In this document: positions 1-10,954 of the stretch, piece after piece | How the letters are laid out: every line of letters begins with the position of its first letter | Position numbering within the stretch: the stretch's first letter is position 1 | The notes under the pieces: model-generated | Database searches by the model: none | What the model saw: the letters and a program-made list of their open reading frames with translations, nothing else | What the model was told of the DNA's origin: nothing | Program-made: the position numbers and the translations under genes | Source of the DNA: a virus | DNA length: 64,000 nucleotides | Virus record (IMG/VR): IMGVR_UViG_3300022891_000002 | Coordinates: 64,001 to 128,000 of that record | Strand: one strand, 5' to 3'

Positions 1-2823
1 CAATCTATTCAGAAGCAATTAGCAACTTACAAGTTAGGTAGCAAAGAGAGATTAAATTTAGAAGCAGCTTTAACTCAAGAGATTACTAAGTTACAAAAGA
101 TTCAGTTTGGTAACAAGAAAGAGAAGCTAGAATCCCAACTTGAAGATGCAAAAAATAAATTAGATAAGCAGATTGCATTAAAAGAAGCTGCTCTAGTAGA
201 TGGTGCAACTGAAAACGAACTTAAGATAGTAGAAGCTGCAAAAATAAAAGAGACACAGCTTACTATTGACTCTCTTAAAAAGCAGATAAATCTTTATAAA
301 GTTGGTAGTAAAGAACGTCTTGCATTAGAAGTAAATCTACAAAAAGAAATCAACAATCTTAGGAAACAAACTTTAGATAAAGAAAAGAATTTAATTCAAA
401 CTAATTTAGAGTTCAAGAAAACTCGAATTGATTTGGACAATATTGAGCAAGAGAAGAAACTTCTGAGAGGAGATACGGATAGAGAAAGTTTTGAAGATAA
501 GTTAACTGCTTCATCTCAAAGAGTAAATCTATTACAACAAGATGCGTTTACCAAACAACTTAAACTCTATCAAAAAGGAAGTAGAGAATATTTAGATATT
601 TTGAAAAATCTTTCCCAGCTTCAAGTAGATTACCAAAAGTCAGTAGTAGACAAAGCTATTCGTGATATTGACAGAATTACTAAAGCTCAGAACAACTCAA
701 TAGAAGCTCAGAAAATATTTATTACTCGTCAACTTAGTTCTAGTGATAACTTAACTAAGGAACTTCAAGAGCAAATTAAACTTGAGGATTCTCGAAGTTC
801 AGTAGTTAAAGCTACAGCGGACTATCAAGTTGGTTTATTAGAACTAGCTAAAAGGTCAACTGGAGATGTAGAGAAAAGAGCTAAAATTGATGTTCAAATA
901 GCTGAATTAAAACAAAAGTCTCTATTAGAAGCTCAAGAGTTAGAAATTAATTCTATTAAGAACAACGCAATTATTAATGAAGCTGCCTTGGAAAGAGAAC
1001 GAATCCAAATCAGCCTTAATAGATTAGAGCTTGATAGAAGTAAGTTACAGACTGAAGCAGAACTAAGGAAAGCTAAGTTAAATAAGTTAGATTCAGCAGC
1101 AATAGAAGCTCTCCAGTTACAGCTAGACTCTATTAATGACCAATATGACGCTCTTGGTAGAAGTGAAAATCTTATTTCTACTCAAATTGCTAATCAAGCT
1201 GAAATTAGTCAAAATCAAATTAGAGTCATTAAGCAACAGCAAGATTTAGCTCAAAAGAATAGTGCGTTAGACGTTGAACAAGCTAAACAAGGTCTTATCA
1301 TTGCAGGTTACGAGAAACAGCTCTCACAACTTAAGATGAAAGGAACGTTAATAGAAGCCAATGCAAATAAAGAAAAAGTTATTGGTGACTTGCTAACTAA
1401 AGCTTACGACACTCAGATTGCTCTATTAAATAGTAGAAAGGAATTAATGGACTCTACTCTTGGCTCTATTGATACTTTGTACGGAATTGAGCAGTCAATG
1501 GCTAAATCTGACTTAACTAAAGACAAGTTAGCTAGAGAACAGGCTAAAGATAAACTGACTTTCCTAGAACTTCAACAAAGAATGGAGAATGAAAGTTTTA
1601 ATCTAGAAAAAGCTAAGAATAAGATTGTAAGAGAGAGACAAAAAGTAGAGCTAACTATTGCAGAAATTAATGCTAAACAAGCTCTTGCAATGTCCAAAGC
1701 AGAAGAAGCTAGAACTAACGCTAGAAAAGATGCTACTGATGAAGAGAAATTAGCATCTCGATTAGCCGTTGAATCTGCGGAACAAGGAATTTTAGCAGCT
1801 AAAGCAAATAAGGAACTAGCTATTGAAGTATCTAAAATAGAAGAACAATCCGAGAAGAATAAAGAACTAATTAATGCTCGGAACCAAAGAAATCAAAGAC
1901 TACAAGCAGAAATGGCAGTTGCACAAACTACTACTAATACCGCTGATGATAGTCAAGTAAGAGGCAAAGCTCAGAGATTCAGAGAGTTAGATGAAAGAAG
2001 TATAGGAGATAATAATTTAACTTCTAATACTCAATCACAAGTAGAGAAGATACTTAAAGAATTTAGTGAGTCTATGAGGTCACGTAAGCCGATTGAGGAA
2101 ATATCTACTACTAACCTTACTAACCCTCTAAGTACAGATACTCAGCCCAAGAATAATATCTCACCTACTAACATCCTAGGTATTGGTGGACTAGGTAGAG
2201 GTGTTACAACAAGTTCAGGTACTAATAGAGATAATGATAAGACTAAGAAAGATAGTAAGGACAGTACAGCTAGTTCTATATCTAATTTAAGTAAGTCTAT
2301 TGATAAAGCAGAGAAGTCTATTACTAAAAAATTAGGATTAGATACTCAATCACTTATAAAGACTTTCAACATTAATAGTAAGACACTTAATAAACTAATA
2401 GAGGTAAGTGTAAAGAACATAGGTAAGAATATTACTACTGCTACTAATACTATTACTGGCACAACCCTTAAAGGTAATAAAGTAATTAAACCACCTAAGC
2501 CAAAGAAAGGACAAATCGTACCTGACTCACTTAGAACTATTAGAGAAGCTATTACTAACTTTAAGTTGTCAGTAGACAAGTCTAATGTAGCTAAAAAGAA
2601 AGAAGCTGATATTAGATATAAAGAAGAACAGAAAGATAATGATAAGTTACAGAAGTCAATTGAACAACTAATAGATAAGATTGAGGAACATATTGAGAAA
2701 GGTGGTAACGTAAACATTACTTCTCCTATATCTGTCACTGGTGGAGGAGATAAGAACACAGGTATAGAGATTAACAAGCACTTATTTGGATTAGCTGAGA
2801 AGATTAGAAGGAGGCAAAACTAA
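1..2823 (+). CDS. Tail tape measure protein, C-terminal part (5' end lies outside the window)
   Basis: Frame 1 is open from base 1 (QSIQKQLATYKLGSKERL...) into the 433..2823 ORF. Long E/K/Q/A/L-rich coiled coil with the motif LY(K/Q)xGS(K/R)E recurring at nt ~28, ~295 and ~568 (about 90 aa apart). Tail-like genes follow. Confidence 0.75.
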   Translation, partial: QSIQKQLATYKLGSKERLNLEAALTQEITKLQKIQFGNKKEKLESQLEDAKNKLDKQIALKEAALVDGATENELKIVEAAKIKETQLTIDSLKKQINLYKVGSKERLALEVNLQKEINNLRKQTLDKEKNLIQTNLEFKKTRIDLDNIEQEKKLLRGDTDRESFEDKLTASSQRVNLLQQDAFTKQLKLYQKGSREYLDILKNLSQLQVDYQKSVVDKAIRDIDRITKAQNNSIEAQKIFITRQLSSSDNLTKELQEQIKLEDSRSSVVKATADYQVGLLELAKRSTGDVEKRAKIDVQIAELKQKSLLEAQELEINSIKNNAIINEAALERERIQISLNRLELDRSKLQTEAELRKAKLNKLDSAAIEALQLQLDSINDQYDALGRSENLISTQIANQAEISQNQIRVIKQQQDLAQKNSALDVEQAKQGLIIAGYEKQLSQLKMKGTLIEANANKEKVIGDLLTKAYDTQIALLNSRKELMDSTLGSIDTLYGIEQSMAKSDLTKDKLAREQAKDKLTFLELQQRMENESFNLEKAKNKIVRERQKVELTIAEINAKQALAMSKAEEARTNARKDATDEEKLASRLAVESAEQGILAAKANKELAIEVSKIEEQSEKNKELINARNQRNQRLQAEMAVAQTTTNTADDSQVRGKAQRFRELDERSIGDNNLTSNTQSQVEKILKEFSESMRSRKPIEEISTTNLTNPLSTDTQPKNNISPTNILGIGGLGRGVTTSSGTNRDNDKTKKDSKDSTASSISNLSKSIDKAEKSITKKLGLDTQSLIKTFNINSKTLNKLIEVSVKNIGKNITTATNTITGTTLKGNKVIKPPKPKKGQIVPDSLRTIREAITNFKLSVDKSNVAKKKEADIRYKEEQKDNDKLQKSIEQLIDKIEEHIEKGGNVNITSPISVTGGGDKNTGIEINKHLFGLAEKIRRRQN

Positions 2824-3413
2824 TGGCAACTTTTCAAGATATAGATGACCCAGTAATACTAGGACAACACGGTAGAGAAGATGATTTAACTAAGTGTTTT
2901 CCTTTTACTCGGAAGTTATGTTTCTTAAACGAGAAAAATTTATTAGAAGGTACCGAGATAGGTAAAGAAGTTCTATATACTATCAGAGGTAAATCTTATA
3001 TCTGTCTATTTCTTGAACCTAATGCGTATCAAGTAATTATTGAAGGGGAAGCTACTCGAATGGCACCTACTGGTTCAGGTTCTTATGTTAAATATTCCTT
3101 AATTAGGAAAGGATTTACTGCTCAATTTGATTATACACTTACTGACGTTATGGTTTCTATAGACAAAATAGCTAAAGATGCGATTAAAGAGAAGAAGTTT
3201 GTAGAAGTAATAGATTATGTAAGACCTGAAACCGAGAATTATGATATTGGCTACACAATCCGAAAAGGACTAATCTACTTACCTCTACAATATACTGGAC
3301 AAATGAGTGGGGAGAAAACAGTTGATAATATAACTAAACCTACTACTCGGCCTATTCTTACCCCTGAAGGATTTACTCTTACTTTTACTGAGAATTCTTA
3401 TCGGATGGGTTAG
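2823..3413 (+). CDS. Putative tail protein (distal-tail position)
   Basis: TAATG-coupled to the tape measure gene; 196 aa, beta-rich; assigned by synteny only. Confidence 0.45.
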   Translation: MATFQDIDDPVILGQHGREDDLTKCFPFTRKLCFLNEKNLLEGTEIGKEVLYTIRGKSYICLFLEPNAYQVIIEGEATRMAPTGSGSYVKYSLIRKGFTAQFDYTLTDVMVSIDKIAKDAIKEKKFVEVIDYVRPETENYDIGYTIRKGLIYLPLQYTGQMSGEKTVDNITKPTTRPILTPEGFTLTFTENSYRMG

Positions 3414-3708
3414 AAAACATTTCCATATCAAAAGGAGAAGGGCCAATACCGTTATAGTAATCTTGTAAAGCAAAAGAGTAATATATAGCTTTACCTATTT
3501 CTTCATCGGTTAGAGATTTATTTACCCACTCATTAAACTTCTCTTCTCCCCATTTAGCTTTTAACTTAGAATAGAGTCGGGTTTTTATTTCTTTACATTC
3601 CTTTTCATAATCGAAAGGTATCATAGGAGAGTTTTCTATCTCTTTTATATAGCTATGAAGATTTTCTAACGGGTTACTGTTATTAAAATCTTTCCATTTA
3701 TTAACCAT
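3385..3708 (-). CDS. Hypothetical protein
   Basis: 107-aa ORF; its 3' end overlaps the convergent tail gene. Confidence 0.55.
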   Translation of the reverse strand: MVNKWKDFNNSNPLENLHSYIKEIENSPMIPFDYEKECKEIKTRLYSKLKAKWGEEKFNEWVNKSLTDEEIGKAIYYSFALQDYYNGIGPSPFDMEMFSNPSDKNSQ

Positions 3709-3713
3709 ATTAC

Positions 3714-4016
3714 TTACTCTTCTCTAATTAAAATCACTTTAGTTTCATCTTCAATAGGTTCAGGAAAATTAGGATAGTACCACTCATCACTTACTAACTT
3801 AAACCTACTTTTACAGTTAGAACAAGTACAGAACTCTCTTTTTCCCGTAAAGTATGTCTGTAAACTACCATACTCTTCTAGCTCAATATACTTTCCCTTA
3901 CAAATAGGACATTCTTCTAAATAATTATCCGTTGTTTCATTACATAAATCACAACAATAGTCTGAGTCTATTACAACATCTAAAACTTTCTTGACTATTA
4001 ATCTATTACCTGTCAT
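3714..4016 (-). CDS. Cys-rich putative Zn-binding protein (paralog of 46567..47085)
   Basis: DSDYCCDLCNE..CPICK..CSNCKSRFKLVS..WY matches DSDICCDVCNE..CPICK..CEECKSYFKLVS..WY. Confidence 0.65.
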   Translation of the reverse strand: MTGNRLIVKKVLDVVIDSDYCCDLCNETTDNYLEECPICKGKYIELEEYGSLQTYFTGKREFCTCSNCKSRFKLVSDEWYYPNFPEPIEDETKVILIREE

Positions 4017-4175
4017 CTACTTACCTTCCTTCAATCGTTTAGTTTCATAATGCCTTAAGAACTTAGTCAACATCTCTTTAAGTTTAGGTAAAGCTATATC
4101 GGAGTAATCAAACACAATTTCGTTAAATAACTCATCACACTCATTTCTTAATTCGTCTTTTTCTTGTTCAGTCAT
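4017..4175 (-). CDS. Small hypothetical protein (52 aa, not in ORF track)
   Basis: Translated by hand: MTEQEKDELRNECDELFNEIVFDYSDIALPKLKEMLTKFLRHYETKRLKEGK; fills the gap between coupled neighbours. Confidence 0.55.
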   Translation of the reverse strand: MTEQEKDELRNECDELFNEIVFDYSDIALPKLKEMLTKFLRHYETKRLKEGK

Positions 4176-5627
4176 ATCTCTTTAACTTGTTATACTTAGC
4201 TTTTACTGATATTAGATAAGATACTACTTCTTTCATTGACTCCGGATGAAAGTTTAGTAGCTCCCATAGTAAAGTATGTATGTTATCTATTTCTTCTGCT
4301 TCTTTACTTGTGACCTCCTTATATAGTCTTGAGTATAGGAAGTCATTAGTAGATGTTCCTTTCTTAGTCATAACCTCCTTGACTTAAGCTCTAAGGCTAT
4401 TCTTTCTTGTAGATATATAATATCACTAAGAATATTAGTAAGCTTATCTCTTATAGCAGGTAATCTCTCATCTACTATAATCTGCAATGTTCTATAGTCT
4501 TTCTCTTCTTCTACTGACTTCTCTAACTGTTCTAACTCATAGGTATATTGTTTATGCTCAGCTCTTAATATCTCTAGTTGTTGTTCATTAGTAGTCATAG
4601 TTAATTCCCTAAGTTTAGTGCTAAGCTAGATACTTCATCAATACTTCTAGGATACTTAGTTAGTAACTTACCTAATAACTCAAAACATTTAGTTACTCTA
4701 CTTGTATAACTATCTTCATTACTCAAGGTCATAATATTTATTTATATCCACTACATCTTTTGGATTCTGTAAACTATCTTGTAGTTTTATTACTTTAACT
4801 AAAGTTCTATCTACGTGTCTACTCATTAAAAGCTGCCAATTTCTAATCTTTACCAGTTCCATCTTTAACTCATATACATTACTAGGACTATCTACTATAT
4901 ACAAGTTATCTATATTCTCTATATTTTTCTTAAGTGAGTTAATATACTCCTCTAATTTAACTAAATACTCGTAAGCTATAGATTCAGATATACTACTCAT
5001 TCCCCTTCACCTTCCTTACTTGTTTCTTTTCTCTTGAGTATAATACCTTTAAATAGTTTATTACCTCATTTAATATATCTGAGTAGATGTCTCTCCCACC
5101 CAATAAGTCTACTAACTCATGAGCTACTTCTCTCTTCTCAATATTAGTTCTCATCCTTATAAATGCAAACCAATCAGTATAGTCATCTGCACAAGAGACT
5201 ACTAATCTTCCATCAGGTAACTTCTTATATCTAGGTTCCTGCTTCATCTTCTTCATCTAAATTATTCTCTAATTGGTAAATAAAGTCTAGTAATACTTCA
5301 TAAAGGTTCTTATAGAAGTAAGGTAGAGAATTACAGTAATCTTGCTCTATAGCTTCTATAAGTTCTAAACATTTAACTCTATTGCTCATTTTCTCTCTCC
5401 ATTACTTCCTGAATACTAAAGAAAACAGCGTTAGTCATTCCATATAAAGCAGCAGTGTATTTTTGCATTAACTTAATTCTTTCCATTAGCTCTTTTGGGT
5501 TACTACTTCCGTTACTCATATTACTAGCTATTAGTTGTATATAAGTAGCAGTTTTGTAGAAGTCAGTAAGATAATGCTGGATTAATAACTCTACGTGACT
5601 CTCGTTAGTCATCTTCTTTCTCCTCAT
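4168..5627 (-). CDS. Run of small translationally coupled hypothetical genes (4168..4371, 4368..4598, 4719..5000, 4993..5256, 5379..5627)
   Basis: Overlapping start and stop codons, helical low-complexity products, no recognisable motif. Confidence 0.5.
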
Positions 5628-5892
5628 CTAGTACATAAGATAAAGGTTTCTTACGTCCTTTATACTGAGCTTTCACAGTAAATGTTCGTTTCTTTTTAGG
5701 AAACATAAATGTCCAGATATCTAACACATTTACTTCCGAGGACTCATCTTCACAATTCCATAACCTAAGTTCCTCATTAGATAGAGGTTCAAAGAAAGCA
5801 TCTGCTAACTTACTTTGTAATAGACCTAGAGTACCTGGTCTATTACTAATAAACTTATCTATTAAGTCCAATTCTTTTTGTGTTAGTCTCAT
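5605..5892 (-). CDS. Small protein with a DUF2281/VapB-like antitoxin segment
   Basis: RPGTLGLLQSKLADAFFEPLSNEELRLW resembles the R-x-G...DxFxEPL.EEL..W tail of cyanobacterial antitoxins. Confidence 0.45.
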   Translation of the reverse strand: MRLTQKELDLIDKFISNRPGTLGLLQSKLADAFFEPLSNEELRLWNCEDESSEVNVLDIWTFMFPKKKRTFTVKAQYKGRKKPLSYVLDEEKEDD

Positions 5893-5916
5893 AGAAGGTC
5901 TTTTCCTTATTTACTT

Positions 5917-6324
5917 ATGTTCAAGATAACTCGTAACTCTACTACTTCCAACACTATTCTCGAAGGCGAGGTCTACTCGACTATATCTCCATCATCTATA
6001 TCAGTACCTTGCTTTCAATTAACTAACAGCCTTCCTACTCTAACTAACTTTACTCCTATGTTTCAACTAGAACATATGAATGAAGTAGCTGAGACAGTAG
6101 ATGACTTTGTATTTAGTCTCAGTACAGTACCTTCTCAGTATCAAGTAGTAGAACTAGATATCTTATCTACTAATCTCATAGAAGACCTAGATAACTTGTA
6201 CTTTAATGGTGGTAAGTATCAGAACTTATTGTCCTTAGATGAGTTTAGTTTCGTTACTAATGTAGATGATTCGTTAGTACCTGAAGTAGACTCCTTACCT
6301 ATAGAAGAAAGAGAAAGCACTTAA
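5917..6324 (+). CDS. Hypothetical acidic protein, probably virion-associated
   Basis: 135-aa + strand ORF between tail genes. Confidence 0.45.
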   Translation: MFKITRNSTTSNTILEGEVYSTISPSSISVPCFQLTNSLPTLTNFTPMFQLEHMNEVAETVDDFVFSLSTVPSQYQVVELDILSTNLIEDLDNLYFNGGKYQNLLSLDEFSFVTNVDDSLVPEVDSLPIEEREST

Positions 6325-6710
6325 ACATCTAATACAAGGAGTTGTTCGTGATAATCTAAAGTATCATCTGACATATAACTTACATTCCTATCTGTTAAAG
6401 GATGTTGCACTAAATACTGTTTACTTTTTCTGAGTATTTCTATTACTCCTTCATAAGTTATCTCATCATAGAGCATCCAAGTTCTGAACTTAGCTTCTTG
6501 AGTAATATCTATTAGACTTTTAAGGTCTATAGGTAATCTCTTAGCTATATAACTAGCAGCTTCATACGCAACACTTATGCTAATAGATTGGTCTAACTTA
6601 TCTACCCACCAACTAGGTAAACCTATAGCTCTTATAAACTCTTTTGAAAAACCTAACTTCTCTAACTTGCTATATAACTCAGTCATCGTTAATTTGTCAT
6701 TTACCTTCAT
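6321..6710 (-). CDS. Protein resembling the N-terminus of cyanobacterial ImmA/IrrE-family proteins
   Basis: LYSKLEKLGFSKEFIRAIGLPSWW...YIAKRLPIDLKSL; no HExxH protease motif is present. Confidence 0.4.
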   Translation of the reverse strand: MKVNDKLTMTELYSKLEKLGFSKEFIRAIGLPSWWVDKLDQSISISVAYEAASYIAKRLPIDLKSLIDITQEAKFRTWMLYDEITYEGVIEILRKSKQYLVQHPLTDRNVSYMSDDTLDYHEQLLVLDV

Positions 6711-6716
6711 ATTACT

Positions 6717-9407
6717 ATGTCTCCTAAGTCACCTTTAAACAGTATAATTACTTCTACTAATCAATTACCTCCTGAACAAGTAACTAAACTAGCTACAAGT
6801 CCAGGTACATTTCTCTTCAACCCTGTTACTCAGAAAGTTCTTCTCTGTTGTAAGGTAAATACTAAGATTACTCAAGACCCATTACCTCTTAAGATACTTA
6901 AAAATAAAGAGATATTCATAAGTAATCAAATTGAACTACCTGACTTCATAGTAGAACATAAGTTAGTTGGTGGCTTTACCATTAGTAGAAGTTTTGAGAG
7001 TCATCCAACTATATCTTTCAAACTAATGTGTAGTAGAGATGAGATAGATGAGGTACGTGAGAAGTTTAGAGATAGATTTGATATTAAGTATATCTTCTAT
7101 GGAATTCCCTTTAGACTGACTAACTATTCAGAAGTTATTGGGGAAAGAGTTGTCTATCCAGAAGGACATTACGATATAGACTTATCCTTTACAGGTTGGT
7201 ATGAGAAGTTAATCAATCAACCTTTGTTTGTTAAAAATAGAGGTACAAGTAACACAACTAATAAACCTTTTGAAGCTCCTGAATGTAGATTAGATGGAAA
7301 TAGTAAAGCAAATAGTGAGCTGGCTAACTCACTCAACAAACCAGATGAATTAGTAGTACCTCTTAGTTCTTATGCAAGTAGGTTAGGTTTTAGTTACTTA
7401 GGTTATGACTTCTTATGTAACTATCAGAAACCTGTATCTCCTGACCTAACTACTACTTTTGCTAGTGAGTTAGATAGTAGAAAGAGAACTAAAGGTCTTT
7501 ATGTACTTTACTCATCTGATGAAGGTATTAAAACTATTAGTTGGGCAACACCTTCTAAATTTAAGGTAAGAGAAGATAGAATAGTTCCTCCTGTTAGTTA
7601 TTCAGATAATATGAGTGAGTTAGGATATAAACCTTCTGAACTCTCATGGAATAAGTCAGATGAAGAACCTTTAGATACTAATGAAGAAGATACTTATCAG
7701 AATACTATTCCTCAATGGCTACAACTAAATATTAGAGTAAAAAAATCTATTAGTGACCCGGATAATGCAAGTTCACCTCCTAACGAGGAAGGATTACTTA
7801 AGACAGTTGACCTTAACTATGATGCTTCAGGAAAGATAAAAGTTAAGACTACTACTAAGAGAGAAGGCACAACTATCATTTGGGAGAAGATAGAGACTTG
7901 GGGATTCATGTACTTATCTAAGGATATTGTTATCACTAGAGACGGAGAAAGTATATTAGAAGCTTCTCCTAGTAACTATTGGGGACTAACTGAATCTCAA
8001 GAAACTACTTACATATTTGATTCCGCTACTGGCTACTACTTAGGTAACTCAATAACCGGATGGAAAATGTGTAGATATAAGCAGGAGTCTTCTACTGAAA
8101 CAGCTAAGTTAGAACAAGAGAAACAAGCAATAGCCGACCCATTAAGTAAACTCTTTGAATCAGATGAAGTAGTTAGAGGTGAAAAGTTATATGAGTTAAA
8201 CCAAGTAATAGATTGTTATAGATTTAGAGCTATTCCGATTAGTGGGGGAACTCAGTTTATACTACGCCAAAATAGAGACTACTACCAAGACGCTAATAAC
8301 TCATCTCCTAACATTCCTTATCAAGTTTGTACTAATGATGGAAAGTTAATTACTAAATATATGCGTGACCCGACTTGGGTAGAACCAATGTATGTAGGAG
8401 AAGAATACACTTTCTACTCTTGTTACTCTAGAACAGAAGACCCAGCAAACTTAGCACTTAGAAGAGAATTTAGAGACTCACCCCCTGAAACTGTTACTGA
8501 TAATCCTATTTATAATCCACCTTTAACTACTGGTAGAGAGATGGAGATATATAAAAAAGTCTTTATTCATAGAAGTAAATCTACTATTCAAGAGGAAGGA
8601 TTAGGTTTTACTTCTACTGGTTCATCAGTTAAAGATAATTTTATAGGAGATGGTAAAGATGGAATAGAAGAGAAATACGAGACTCACATTACTGAACGTT
8701 CGGCTCAAGATAGTAACTTTAGAAATGCTTCTACTAACATCCGAATAGAAGATGGAAGTGGTAGACCTCCAGAAGCGACAAGGAAACAACTACCTTTTGT
8801 ACCTAAAACTGAGGAGAGCTTAAAGGAGAACTCAGATGTTTACTACACAATGACCGAAACTAAACGTAAAGATGCCGTACAATCGCAACCTAAAGATACT
8901 TACAGACATCTATTAATTACTCAAGGTTATAACGTTAATGACCCAATACAAGGTTCTGTCTCTTACAATACTAAACACAAATCCGAAGCATTCTTAGGTG
9001 CAATTACTGATTTAGAGATAGATGATATGAATAATAATTGTTCTATTTCTTTAACTACTCTATTTAGACCTGAAATGATAGAAGGTAGTAAAGTTACTTT
9101 TAACTATTCTTGGGATGCTTGGAAGTGTCGAATTATAAGTAATAGTAGTAGTGTAAATATTGTAGGTTATCAAGAACTAGAAGATGGTACATTACTTACT
9201 CAGGTTACTGGTTCTACTTCTCTTAGTTTAGGTATAGATAGTAGTTTGGGTAGCTTAACCTCATTAACTAAAGTCAAACTACCTAGAGAAAACGTTGAAC
9301 CTATCAAGACTAACAATCCTAATGAAGCATATATATTTGATATGTACACAAGAGGAAAAGAGTTAGGTAAGATAGCTTATGGGTTTGGAAGTAGATATTC
9401 AGGATAG
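6717..9407 (+). CDS. Large tail/baseplate-hub-like structural protein (896 aa)
   Basis: Beta-rich; C-terminal segment SISLTTLFRPEMIEGSKVTF...CRIISNSSSV resembles hub/Tal proteins; lies downstream of the tape measure gene. Confidence 0.5.
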   Translation: MSPKSPLNSIITSTNQLPPEQVTKLATSPGTFLFNPVTQKVLLCCKVNTKITQDPLPLKILKNKEIFISNQIELPDFIVEHKLVGGFTISRSFESHPTISFKLMCSRDEIDEVREKFRDRFDIKYIFYGIPFRLTNYSEVIGERVVYPEGHYDIDLSFTGWYEKLINQPLFVKNRGTSNTTNKPFEAPECRLDGNSKANSELANSLNKPDELVVPLSSYASRLGFSYLGYDFLCNYQKPVSPDLTTTFASELDSRKRTKGLYVLYSSDEGIKTISWATPSKFKVREDRIVPPVSYSDNMSELGYKPSELSWNKSDEEPLDTNEEDTYQNTIPQWLQLNIRVKKSISDPDNASSPPNEEGLLKTVDLNYDASGKIKVKTTTKREGTTIIWEKIETWGFMYLSKDIVITRDGESILEASPSNYWGLTESQETTYIFDSATGYYLGNSITGWKMCRYKQESSTETAKLEQEKQAIADPLSKLFESDEVVRGEKLYELNQVIDCYRFRAIPISGGTQFILRQNRDYYQDANNSSPNIPYQVCTNDGKLITKYMRDPTWVEPMYVGEEYTFYSCYSRTEDPANLALRREFRDSPPETVTDNPIYNPPLTTGREMEIYKKVFIHRSKSTIQEEGLGFTSTGSSVKDNFIGDGKDGIEEKYETHITERSAQDSNFRNASTNIRIEDGSGRPPEATRKQLPFVPKTEESLKENSDVYYTMTETKRKDAVQSQPKDTYRHLLITQGYNVNDPIQGSVSYNTKHKSEAFLGAITDLEIDDMNNNCSISLTTLFRPEMIEGSKVTFNYSWDAWKCRIISNSSSVNIVGYQELEDGTLLTQVTGSTSLSLGIDSSLGSLTSLTKVKLPRENVEPIKTNNPNEAYIFDMYTRGKELGKIAYGFGSRYSG

Positions 9408-9775
9408 CAATCTACGTACATAGTTTTATTTTCCTCATTCCATCTACTACCTACCTCTCTTACATAGTAGTATTTGGATTTAAGTAACTTAATAGGTTGA
9501 GTATAGACTGCAAATTTATCTGCTAAGTAGAAACAATCAAACATTTTATTTATGCATTCTTCTATATCGGAGTTATCCACTTCCCACCAAACAACACTAT
9601 TATCACCAAAATAATCAATTCTATCAAAGCTATAGTATTTGGAATAACCAGATTTGTGTAATAGATAAAAAGTTATTCTAGTAACTTTTTCATCAGGATA
9701 GTCTGCTAATTCTATATTAATATCGGGTTTTTCTTCAGATAGATACCTTTGCTTGCCATGAATAGTTATTTTCAT
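9377..9775 (-). CDS. Hypothetical protein (N-terminus paralogous to 32744..33082)
   Basis: MKITIHGKQRYL vs MKITIWGKQYPL. Confidence 0.5.
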   Translation of the reverse strand: MKITIHGKQRYLSEEKPDINIELADYPDEKVTRITFYLLHKSGYSKYYSFDRIDYFGDNSVVWWEVDNSDIEECINKMFDCFYLADKFAVYTQPIKLLKSKYYYVREVGSRWNEENKTMYVDCYPEYLLPNP

Positions 9776-10000
9776 TTACTTTATCTCAAATAAGTTGTTA
9801 TCTATATACCTAATTAACTTATCTTTTGCTTCATCTACTGAATTAGCTACTACATTAAAATAAATCTTACTGTTAGGAGTGTTCTTACCTACTAAACCGT
9901 AGTAATTTTTAATAGCTAGAGTAAGATGATTTTTACTAGCTGTTGTCATCTCAGAGATTTCTATTCTGTAACCTTTATGTATTAAAGATAATATTCCCAT
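9776..10000 (-). CDS. HicB-like domain protein
   Basis: HKGYRIEI...YYGLV...FNVVANSVDEAKDKLIRYID. Confidence 0.45.
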   Translation of the reverse strand: MGILSLIHKGYRIEISEMTTASKNHLTLAIKNYYGLVGKNTPNSKIYFNVVANSVDEAKDKLIRYIDNNLFEIK

Positions 10001-10389
10001 TACAGCTCCTCTTCAGATAAATAAACCTCTACTACTTCACCATTACAATCATTAGCTTCATAAAACACTTGACCATATTGTTTCATAGCTTTACAAATAG
10101 TTAAAATGATTTCTTCTGCCATTCCCCAATAATTAACACTCCAGATGATTTTAGAATCTCCGTATTCTTTATAGTCACTACTATCAAAAGAAACACCTAG
10201 TATTCTAGATTCGTTGTTGACTTTAAAATAGATGTGAAAAGACCTAAAGATAGGATTACACTTAATATCGGGAAAGCTACTTGTCTTATCTAGAAAAATC
10301 ATTTCTCCAGTAGAATACTTCTTAACCAATTCAGTTAAAGTCTCTTCCATTGTACTTAAGACAGCAAAGATATCTTTCTTCTCTGTCAA
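10000..10389 (-). CDS. Hypothetical protein
   Basis: 129-aa ORF coupled to its neighbours. Confidence 0.5.
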   Translation of the reverse strand: MTEKKDIFAVLSTMEETLTELVKKYSTGEMIFLDKTSSFPDIKCNPIFRSFHIYFKVNNESRILGVSFDSSDYKEYGDSKIIWSVNYWGMAEEIILTICKAMKQYGQVFYEANDCNGEVVEVYLSEEEL

Positions 10390-10416
10390 TACAAATCCGG
10401 TTGTTGAAACTCCCCT

Positions 10417-10953
10417 CTATTTAACCTCTACTGTTTTATCTGTTTTCTTGATTAACTGTCTAAAGTCGTGAGGAAATATAATATCTTTACTGTTCCAAAA
10501 TCCTAACTTAGCTCTGTTACTTAAAGCCGTTTGTTTAATAATGTTTAGTAGAATATCTAACTCTCTGTCGCTATACTCATATCTTTCAGTAGGCAAATAG
10601 TAACTAACAGCCATTCCTAGCTTACATAGCTCTACTTGAATATTAGTTTTTAGAGATACTTTCTCGACGTAACAATCCACTATCCATCTACCATAAATAT
10701 CTAGAAGTACAGGAATGATTATTATAGGTTTGTTGGCTAGTAAGTTGATAAGAGCAGTTTTAGCTAAATCCCCATAACTCCAATGTTCTAATATTTTAGG
10801 TTCTGTACTATTCTGGAATTTCTTCCTGACTTCAGGGGCATCTATCCACTGCAATCTAGCTTTAAAAGTCTCTCCTTCAAAGTTTAGTTCTAAAGTATCT
10901 CCATCTAATACAGATACTAAGTTACATTTATGTTGATTTCCTGGTTTTAGCAT
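10417..10953 (-). CDS. Thermonuclease (SNase family)
   Basis: VLDGDTL, RLQWIDAPE, DIYGRW, ELCKLGMA and KLGFW motifs. Confidence 0.88.
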   Translation of the reverse strand: MLKPGNQHKCNLVSVLDGDTLELNFEGETFKARLQWIDAPEVRKKFQNSTEPKILEHWSYGDLAKTALINLLANKPIIIIPVLLDIYGRWIVDCYVEKVSLKTNIQVELCKLGMAVSYYLPTERYEYSDRELDILLNIIKQTALSNRAKLGFWNSKDIIFPHDFRQLIKKTDKTVEVK

Positions 10954-10954
10954 T

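Noticed and set aside
2346-2777. Antisense ORFs in the track (2346..2777, 3285..3473, 11687..11887, 12095..12355, 16195..16515, 17241..17444, 33793..34071, 34348..34581, 35905..36087, 38578..38805, 42410..42649, 45126..45311, 51071..51367, 52014..52268, 55076..55381, 57661..57918, 63542..63775)
   Set aside because: They lie opposite better-supported genes, lack RBS and motifs, and have the composition expected of shadow frames.
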